This document shows, in pieces, positions 57,195 through 64,000 of a stretch of 64,000 bases of DNA. The position numbers and the translations under genes are program-made. Below the pieces are notes generated by a model. That model was not told the origin of the DNA. It did not search any database and saw nothing but the letters and a program-made list of their open reading frames with translations. The stretch's first letter is position 1. Every line of letters starts with the position of its first letter. The stretch covers positions 62,001-126,000 of the IMG/VR virus record IMGVR_UViG_3300033388_007730; one strand, 5' to 3'.

Positions 57195-57899
57195 TTGGGA
57201 ATAACACTTAATAAATATAATTGTTGCGATTTCGGGAAAGTTGATAGTATAGGAGTTCTATGCAGAGGAAAATCTCTTGGTAGCATAGGTAAATATAAAG
57301 AGAATTTTAAAAATATTTTTCTTGTTGGACAACATTATAGATCTCTTAAATTAATAGGTGAGCATATAGATGGTAGCAACATAGTAAAAATTTGGGGCAG
57401 TACTTTTAATAAACCTAGCAATGGTTATAAGAAACAATATGCAAAATATAATATAAGAGATATGCAAACATATCTTGATCCAAATTTGAGTGATCGTAAA
57501 GCATATAAGTTTAAAAAGATTACAAAAACAAATCATGGTTTGTTAGAAGTCTTTCCAAAACCTACTGATTTTAATGAAAGAAATAAAAGGTTTATTTTAA
57601 AGAGAGATCACAGAAGAGGAGAGAGACTTCATCATCCAACAATAGGGTTATTTGCTGTGGATATGGCTTGTGCTTACAAGCCTAAGCAGGTGAATATAAT
57701 TGGACTGGATTTTTATTGTGCTTCTGATTTTGTAGAAGAAAAGAGACATATTAGTACAAAGAAGAATTTTTGTAGAGGACCTTCGATGATAGAATATTTT
57801 GTATTACTTTGTAAGGAAGAGCCAGATATTCAATTTAATTTGTATACATGCTGTAGGAAAATTAAATCTAACAGAAATTTAAATATTATAAGAGTATAG
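57195..57899 (+). CDS. sialyltransferase-like (GT29/Maf fold) protein
   Basis: IGVLCRGKSL, PTIGLFA, VNIIGLDFY. Confidence 0.5.
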   Translation: MGITLNKYNCCDFGKVDSIGVLCRGKSLGSIGKYKENFKNIFLVGQHYRSLKLIGEHIDGSNIVKIWGSTFNKPSNGYKKQYAKYNIRDMQTYLDPNLSDRKAYKFKKITKTNHGLLEVFPKPTDFNERNKRFILKRDHRRGERLHHPTIGLFAVDMACAYKPKQVNIIGLDFYCASDFVEEKRHISTKKNFCRGPSMIEYFVLLCKEEPDIQFNLYTCCRKIKSNRNLNIIRV

Positions 57900-57900
57900 C

Positions 57901-58329
57901 ATGGTTGATGGTATATATAATTATGTAGTAGATTGTTTGCATAATCTTAATATATATGATGGAGATATAGTCAATCTAAGCGATTCAAATAGGAATGATA
58001 TATTATCAGAAAGAGGTTTTGATAATATATTAAAATTTAAAAATAATAATACAAAATTATCTTTTAAAGATAGTTCTGTTGATATTATTATCTGTTTAGG
58101 GGTGTTAGAAAATTTGAATAGAAAAAAATCTGGCATTCTTGCTATGGAAATAAAAAGAGTTTGCCAGCAAGATGGTTGTATTGTAATTATTGTGCCAAAG
58201 AAAAAGGAGAAAGACAATATTCAATATTTATCTAGCGATGATATATTAGATCATTTTTTTCCTCTTGATATAGCTTTTGATGGATCCTTCAATGATAATT
58301 TAATATTGATGTTTATAAATGAAAAATAG
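57901..58329 (+). CDS. degenerate methyltransferase type 11
   Basis: LSFKDSSVDIIICLGVLE...EIKRV; SAM-binding loop degraded. Confidence 0.5.
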   Translation: MVDGIYNYVVDCLHNLNIYDGDIVNLSDSNRNDILSERGFDNILKFKNNNTKLSFKDSSVDIIICLGVLENLNRKKSGILAMEIKRVCQQDGCIVIIVPKKKEKDNIQYLSSDDILDHFFPLDIAFDGSFNDNLILMFINEK

Positions 58330-58996
58330 TATGATAGATCTTAGAGGAACGATAGAAGTTTTTATTATAACTAATGGACGTTCTACTTATAAATATTGTA
58401 AAAAGTCTGTTGATAACCAGAAGGAAGTAAAGTTTGAAACTATTGTTATTCAGGACATGGGATGGCAGGAGGCTCATGAGGAGATCCTTAATACTTGCAA
58501 ATCCAAATTCGTATTAAGAGTAGATGATGATATGTTATTGCATCCTATGGCTTTAAAATTTATGTATCAATGTGTTAAAAAACAAAAGGATAATATAGCG
58601 TTGAGAGGTTGGAGACTATGGGAGCCATGGAGTAATAAAGTTTGTAAGGGGATAAAAGTTTATAACGTTAAGATAGCTAAAAAAATAGGATTTAAATTAG
58701 ATCATCTTGGCAAAATTGATAAGCCATTTACTAAGAATGCCGAAAAAGCAGGTTATAAAATAAAATATACTAGGGATGTAGTTGCTATTCATTCATGTGG
58801 GGATTTTAGTGAGCATTTAAAATATTGGGAGATGAGGGGAGAGGCAAAAAATGGGAAATTTACTAAAAAGAAGATATGGGCAGAGGGGTTGATAAGGTCT
58901 TGCACAATGAATCTTCAAGAACAGTGTGATCTTAATAAAAAATTTATTAGAGATTATAATATAAAGAAAGGAACTGATTTTGGTAAGTTCATCTAA
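58319..58996 (+). CDS. GT-A fold glycosyltransferase-like protein
   Basis: RVDDDMLLHP (DXD motif). Confidence 0.6.
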   Translation: MKNSMIDLRGTIEVFIITNGRSTYKYCKKSVDNQKEVKFETIVIQDMGWQEAHEEILNTCKSKFVLRVDDDMLLHPMALKFMYQCVKKQKDNIALRGWRLWEPWSNKVCKGIKVYNVKIAKKIGFKLDHLGKIDKPFTKNAEKAGYKIKYTRDVVAIHSCGDFSEHLKYWEMRGEAKNGKFTKKKIWAEGLIRSCTMNLQEQCDLNKKFIRDYNIKKGTDFGKFI

Positions 58997-59888
58997 AAAA
59001 ATATTATTCACTATTTTGACCTGTAATAGATTCCACTATTTTAAAAATTGTATAGAGTCTATTATCCAGTGTGTTGATATGAATCGTATTGATATACTAA
59101 TTATGGATAATAATACGATAGAGAAAGGATTTGATGAATATGTTCACAGTTTGTGTGAGAAGTATGGCAACATTATGGTGAAGAAGTTTATAGATCGGAC
59201 AAGAGGTGAGTTGTACAGGGCTATGAATTGGGCTATCGACTACGCTAAGACGAATAGTTATGAGATTATAGACTTTATTCAGGATGATCGACAATATCTA
59301 TATAAGAAGGAAGATCATTTGGACGATATTTTTGATATATTTAACAATTATAGCAATATAGTTCAGATCAATTGCAATCTAGCTTGGCGTAGAAAAATAA
59401 AAGGTATTGGTAAAGTTAAAAATATAAGTATTAATAAAAGTAAGTACGGTATTTTATTAGACAAAAGAGCGTGTGATAATGGATTTACGAGGGTATCTAT
59501 TTATGATCAGATAGGAGAATATCCTACAGATGCTATAAGTTGGGGCATGGAAAAGAATAGATATGTTGGGAAAATTAATGGAGAGATATGGTTCGGTAGA
59601 AGATGTCAGAAAAGAGGGTATAGCAGAGCGTTAGCTTACCAAGCCAATATGGGTATGATTTTTGATTGTGCTTATGTTAGGGGAGAGGAAAGGTATGGCG
59701 ACTACTTCCCTTCTTCAGGGGAGTTTTATTTTAAAATGCTCGATAATATACATATAGATAAAATTAAAAAAAGAGCTAAGAAAAACAAATTTTCTTATAT
59801 GGAAGATTTTTGTATTCCAGATGGATGGACTCCTAAAACCTATGGCAAACATGGTGATATAAATATAAGGAAAAAGATAGATGGGTAA
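58980..59888 (+). CDS. GT2-like glycosyltransferase
   Basis: LTCNRFHYFKNCIESI, MDNN, AMNWA, IQDD. Confidence 0.7.
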   Translation: MVSSSKKILFTILTCNRFHYFKNCIESIIQCVDMNRIDILIMDNNTIEKGFDEYVHSLCEKYGNIMVKKFIDRTRGELYRAMNWAIDYAKTNSYEIIDFIQDDRQYLYKKEDHLDDIFDIFNNYSNIVQINCNLAWRRKIKGIGKVKNISINKSKYGILLDKRACDNGFTRVSIYDQIGEYPTDAISWGMEKNRYVGKINGEIWFGRRCQKRGYSRALAYQANMGMIFDCAYVRGEERYGDYFPSSGEFYFKMLDNIHIDKIKKRAKKNKFSYMEDFCIPDGWTPKTYGKHGDINIRKKIDG

Positions 59889-60702
59889 ATATTATTATTT
59901 CACAGCCGCTTCGGGTGAGAAATTTATTAATAAATATACGAAGTATTCTGTCAAGTCATTAATTAAAGCTGGGATATCTCTTGACGATATACATTTGGCT
60001 GTTAATACAAAAAAAGATAGAAAACTGGTGAAGCAAGTTTTGCCAGAAATAATAAATATATATCTTATCAAAGAGGATCTTAGTACTGTAGTTTGGAAAT
60101 ATTCTAAGGGTAAAAGAAAATACTCTTTGTTTAAAAGTGCTGCTTTGTATAGATCTTTTCCTAAACCTATTGAAGGTAGGTATATGATTTATTTTGATGG
60201 AGATGTTTTGTGGTATAAAGATCCTGCTCCGTTTTTTGATACTAAGTGTGAAAAGACTTGGTTTCATCACGGCAAGTCCTTAAGAGAAAGATGTCCAGCA
60301 GGAAAAGCGGGCAGGACAGTAGATCAGATAGATGTAACTAGTTATGAAGATCTTTCTCAATGGGTTAGTGACCCTCAAGCTCATTTAATGGTTAAATTCG
60401 GAGCTAAGGTAGTGCCAGAGTATGAGGCTGTTGCAGGATTATATTTGCTTCATCCAAGAGATCATGAAGCATTCTTAGAAATGACTTACAAGGGTTGTCT
60501 TGAAAATGCCGATAAATTTAGAGGTCATGAAGGTGGTGGAGATCAAAAACCGACTAATGCATCTTTAAGTATTCTTGAGATAGACTGGCATGGAGGGTCT
60601 CGTTTCTTCTGTCCTGAGCATACAAAGTATTTTGATCATTATTTTGGTAAAGATGATATGAAACAGAAATTTTGGAATAGAGCTAGAAAGTTAGGATTAT
60701 AA
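59881..60702 (+). CDS. GT-A (GT8-like) nucleotide-sugar transferase
   Basis: IYFDGDVLW, AGLY, GDQ. Confidence 0.6.
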   Translation: MGKYYYFTAASGEKFINKYTKYSVKSLIKAGISLDDIHLAVNTKKDRKLVKQVLPEIINIYLIKEDLSTVVWKYSKGKRKYSLFKSAALYRSFPKPIEGRYMIYFDGDVLWYKDPAPFFDTKCEKTWFHHGKSLRERCPAGKAGRTVDQIDVTSYEDLSQWVSDPQAHLMVKFGAKVVPEYEAVAGLYLLHPRDHEAFLEMTYKGCLENADKFRGHEGGGDQKPTNASLSILEIDWHGGSRFFCPEHTKYFDHYFGKDDMKQKFWNRARKLGL

Positions 60703-60703
60703 T

Positions 60704-61342
60704 ATGGATATTAATGAGATTCAAGAAGGTATTAAAAATAAGCACTGGTATTACTATTATAATTTTGATGGTGTAGAAGTTAATAAAAAGAAGAAGAAAG
60801 ATAAAACGCTAGGTATGTATAATTGGGATAGAATCAGACCAGTCATAAAAGAAATTTTTGCTAAGGTTGAGAATCCTCATGTGTTGAATGTAGGATGTAA
60901 TATGGGACTGTATGATCATGAGATGACGAAGATGGGAGCAAAAGTTACGGCTATTGATATTAATACTGATAATATCGAGTTTTATAGAAGATTTGTAGTT
61001 GAAAATAAACAGGAGGATTGGTGTGTCGATGTTAGAAAAATAGATATAACTAAAGAGAGGTTGAAAGATGATTCTATCAACATTATTTTAATGTGTTGTG
61101 TGATATATCATTTAGATCTTTATCAAAATATGGTTATTAAAAATTTAATAGAAGATTGTCCTAATCATAAATTCTTAATTTTACAGGGTAATTTACCAAG
61201 AGTAACAAAAAAGAATCAGACAGAAGCTGGAGTTAATGGTATGAGAAATATTTTGAAGAATAATTCTTATTCTGTTCCAGAAGATTATATTTATGAGTGG
61301 GAAGGATATCAAAAGCCTGTAGTTATAGGAGAAAGAAAATGA
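60704..61342 (+). CDS. class I SAM methyltransferase
   Basis: VLNVGCNMG, VTAID, VIYHL. Confidence 0.75.
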   Translation: MDINEIQEGIKNKHWYYYYNFDGVEVNKKKKKDKTLGMYNWDRIRPVIKEIFAKVENPHVLNVGCNMGLYDHEMTKMGAKVTAIDINTDNIEFYRRFVVENKQEDWCVDVRKIDITKERLKDDSINIILMCCVIYHLDLYQNMVIKNLIEDCPNHKFLILQGNLPRVTKKNQTEAGVNGMRNILKNNSYSVPEDYIYEWEGYQKPVVIGERK

Positions 61343-61938
61343 AAAACAAGAAAAAGAAGTATGGGAAGTGGACTCCAGGACATGAATTAAAATATTGGAA
61401 TAAAAATGGGATACGTGTAGGAACAGATATCTATGATAGATATGCTAAAGCTTTTAAAATGGATCAATATAATTTTGAGGGAAAATTAGTTGCAGATATT
61501 GGATGTGGTCCATTTGGGGGAGTATTTTATAATGATATGAAAGAAAATATATTTCCCATAGATATCTTGGCAGATGATTATAATAAGATGGGTAATTGTG
61601 ATAAAAAAATCATTATGGGAGATCTCTACAGGGGTTTATCGTTTGAAGATAATTATTTTGATTATGTGATATGTACTAATGCTATAGATCATATCCCAGA
61701 TGTCCAATCAGGTTTTAATGAAATTTTCAGAATTCTTAAGTGTGGAGGTATTTCATTTATACATGTCCATTTAAGAAGAGAAGATCAATTAAGTAAAGCT
61801 CATATTCACTCTTTGAGATTAGAGACTGTGAAAAAGATGTGTGAGGAGTTTGAAAGCATATCTATCGTAGAAGATATCGATTGGGTTAATAACATACCAG
61901 ATAGACAGACAGCTTATTTAACTTTGAGAAAGAATTAA
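61339..61938 (+). CDS. methyltransferase type 11
   Basis: ADIGCGP, FDYVICTNAIDH, EIFRILKCGG. Confidence 0.82.
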   Translation: MKNKKKKYGKWTPGHELKYWNKNGIRVGTDIYDRYAKAFKMDQYNFEGKLVADIGCGPFGGVFYNDMKENIFPIDILADDYNKMGNCDKKIIMGDLYRGLSFEDNYFDYVICTNAIDHIPDVQSGFNEIFRILKCGGISFIHVHLRREDQLSKAHIHSLRLETVKKMCEEFESISIVEDIDWVNNIPDRQTAYLTLRKN

Positions 61939-61943
61939 TTTTT

Positions 61944-62498
61944 ATGTTAAAAATAGACATGTATCTTAAAAGATATGGTTTGAAAATTGAAGAAATTAAA
62001 AAAGTAGATTTAACAAAAGTCTATTACCAATATAGACCTGGTGTCGATTATGATAGAATTCTTACTAACTCTCCTCACTTTGAATTAGCTCAACATTACT
62101 ATAATAAGGGATTGAAATGGTTGAATGCAAATTTTAAAAATACAAAATATTTTATATTTCAAAAAGATATACTAAAAATCACTCCCTACGTTCCTGTGAA
62201 GAAAATGAGGTTGTTTGACTCTTTAAAAAAGGGTTATTTAGGGAAGGGATATGAGAATGACCGTATAGTTATTTTAAATGATCCATTTATTTGTACTAGA
62301 TATGCATTAAATTTGTCACTGCCTTCTCCAGAGGTTTTTATGGGGCATCATAGAGCAGGAGCGATGTTGGCTTTAGGGCAAAAAAATGTAGAAGTTATTG
62401 TGGCTGTTGACGATATGATAGGAACTAAGAATTGTTATGGTAGACTCCATGATATTTATAGTTTGGAGAAGGTTCAAAAAATGAGGTATAACTTATGA
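61944..62498 (+). CDS. ParB/Srx-like protein
   Basis: LFDSLKKGY...EVFMGHHRAGAMLALG..VEV. Confidence 0.55.
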   Translation: MLKIDMYLKRYGLKIEEIKKVDLTKVYYQYRPGVDYDRILTNSPHFELAQHYYNKGLKWLNANFKNTKYFIFQKDILKITPYVPVKKMRLFDSLKKGYLGKGYENDRIVILNDPFICTRYALNLSLPSPEVFMGHHRAGAMLALGQKNVEVIVAVDDMIGTKNCYGRLHDIYSLEKVQKMRYNL

Positions 62499-64000
62499 GT
62501 ATTTTGATTACAGGTATAACTGGTTTTGTGGGAAGTCATTTAGCAGATTATCTTTTGGAAGAAACAGATGATATCATTCATGGGTTAACAAGGTGGAGAT
62601 CTCCAAAAGAAAATGTTTTACATCTTATAGATGATAGCTCAATTCGTTTTGAATATGGTGATTTAACAGATTTTTCATCTTTGTATAATATTATTAATCT
62701 TAATCGTCCAAGAGTTATATTTCATTTAGCTGCTCAATCTTATGTTCCATATAGTTTTGATGTACCTGCTGCTACTCTTGATTCTAATGTAATAGGAACT
62801 TGTAATCTACTGGAGGCTGTTAAACTTTTGAAAGACGATAAAGGATATGATCCTATTGTTCATATTTGTTCTTCATCAGAAGTTTACGGACAGGTTTCAG
62901 AAGACAATGTTCCAATCACAGAAGATTGTCCTTTTGCTCCAGCTTCTCCATATGCTGTTTCTAAAGTTGGTGAGGATATGCTGGGGTTTCAGTATTGGAC
63001 ATCTTGGGGTGTAAAAACTATTAGGACTAGAATGTTTACTCATAGTGTAAGTAAATGGACTCCTGTTATTTTAAAAGATACATTAAGTGAATTGATAGAT
63101 ATAAAATATATTTCAGAAATAAGAAAAAAAGGGAAAGAAGGGGGATATTTTTCGGGAAAAATGTTAGAAGATAATACTCAAATATGGGATATGAATAGAT
63201 CTAATTTAGAAGTGTGGAATGATGAAAAATGGACAAAAATAAAACATATATCTTGTCACTCTATTAATAATTGTAAAATGTTAGAAATAATTAGTAGAGG
63301 TGGGGTTATCTGTGCTACAGATAATCATTCTATAATTGATGAAAAATCAAAAGAAATTTTAGCTTCAGATTTAAAATGTGGAGATAAGATAAAGATAACT
63401 TCTTTGCCAAATATTGAGATTACTGATATTTCAGAAGATTTAGCTTGGTTATATGGATTTTTTGTAGCTGAAGGGACAGTAACTGGAGGAAGATTAAAAA
63501 TTTCTAACAAGAATATTGATTTGTTAGAAAAATCAAAAGTTATTTTTTTAAAATATTTGGCAATTGATGGAACTATAGACCAGTATAAAGACATTTATAC
63601 TTTAAGATTAAGAAAGCCATTTTGTATAGCAAAAAGATTTTATGAAGATTGTTATGCAACTGACAAAAATAAAAAAATACCAAAAATTATTTTAAACGCT
63701 AATAAAAAATCAAAAATTTCTTTTTTACGGGGGTATAATTGTGGAGATGGAAACTTAAAAAATAATGTAAAAAGTGATTTTTATAGATTTAAAACAAAAT
63801 CTCCTATTTTAGCTATGGGATTATGTTATTTTATAGAAAGTGTTTTAAATGTAAAGTATAAAATTAATGTTGAACATAGAGATGATAAAAGATATTTTGA
63901 AATAAGATGTTTGTCTCAAAAAAATACAAAAAATGGGGAGTGGTTAAAAAAAGATAACAATGTTATTTTAAAAATAATGAAAATGGAATATGAAGATGAA
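62495..64000 (+). CDS. GDP-mannose 4,6-dehydratase/Rmd-type extended SDR with an intein; runs off window (absent from ORF track)
   Basis: hand translation MSILITGITGFVGSHLADYL, GDLTD, FHLAAQSYV, SSSEVYG, SPYAVSK, RMFTH; frame open to 64000. Confidence 0.88.
   Translation, partial: MSILITGITGFVGSHLADYLLEETDDIIHGLTRWRSPKENVLHLIDDSSIRFEYGDLTDFSSLYNIINLNRPRVIFHLAAQSYVPYSFDVPAATLDSNVIGTCNLLEAVKLLKDDKGYDPIVHICSSSEVYGQVSEDNVPITEDCPFAPASPYAVSKVGEDMLGFQYWTSWGVKTIRTRMFTHSVSKWTPVILKDTLSELIDIKYISEIRKKGKEGGYFSGKMLEDNTQIWDMNRSNLEVWNDEKWTKIKHISCHSINNCKMLEIISRGGVICATDNHSIIDEKSKEILASDLKCGDKIKITSLPNIEITDISEDLAWLYGFFVAEGTVTGGRLKISNKNIDLLEKSKVIFLKYLAIDGTIDQYKDIYTLRLRKPFCIAKRFYEDCYATDKNKKIPKIILNANKKSKISFLRGYNCGDGNLKNNVKSDFYRFKTKSPILAMGLCYFIESVLNVKYKINVEHRDDKRYFEIRCLSQKNTKNGEWLKKDNNVILKIMKMEYEDE
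63044..64000 (+). mobile_element. LAGLIDADG intein, truncated by window end
   Basis: starts Ser SVSKWTPVILK; block B ATDNHSII; LYGFFVAEG and FLRGYNCGDG. Confidence 0.82.

Noticed and set aside
431-63594. Many short minus-strand ORFs in the track, and nested + strand ORFs such as 11334, 27098, 31620, 31711, 33084 and 38271
   Set aside because: They are low-complexity shadows overlapping well-supported genes, with no SD or motif
1-64000. Genome-wide stop-codon reassignment (for example TAG read as Gln)
   Set aside because: Long genes are intact in the standard code, and TAG, TAA and TGA all end genes at evident ends (such as directly after the tag or at gene overlaps); only a few internal stops exist
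1-64000. tRNA, rRNA, diversity-generating retroelement, transposase, integrase
   Set aside because: No cloverleaf, reverse transcriptase, template/variable repeat pair or recombinase motif recognised by eye

Overview
AT-rich, gene-dense segment, almost entirely on the + strand, that most plausibly belongs to a large (jumbo/huge) bacteriophage or similar extrachromosomal element. This is an inference: bacterial-type DnaE, RecA, DnaG and UvrD, Shine-Dalgarno sites and sigma70 promoters sit among many small orphans, homing endonucleases and inteins. No virion genes, rRNA, tRNA or CRISPR array are recognisable here. Layout: 0-4.5 kb orphans; 4.7-20 kb replication/recombination module (DnaE in three pieces with a split intein, gp32-like SSB, RecA, primase core, Cas4-like nuclease, SpoVS, Gam-like protein, intein-containing UvrD); 20-36.5 kb accessory genes (CYTH, ACP, LAGLIDADG and HNH endonucleases each preceded by an RHH gene, NeuA/NeuB/KdsC-like, NADAR, DUF1257 pair, peptide deformylase, radical SAM); 36.5-64 kb a glycan synthesis and decoration locus of more than 27 kb (GT2/GT4, Maf/sialyltransferase-like, methyltransferases, sulfotransferase, a second NeuA/NeuB pair, ParB/Srx-fold proteins, intein-containing GDP-mannose dehydratase running off the end). 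The most striking unexplained signal is a shared C-terminal peptide, roughly [R/K]-F-[D/E]-[L/I]-[M/L/I]-D-[L/I/F/M], on about 13 otherwise unrelated proteins. It is encoded with varying synonymous codons, which points to a protein-level sorting, docking or degradation tag. Family calls come from motif recognition only; no searches were run.
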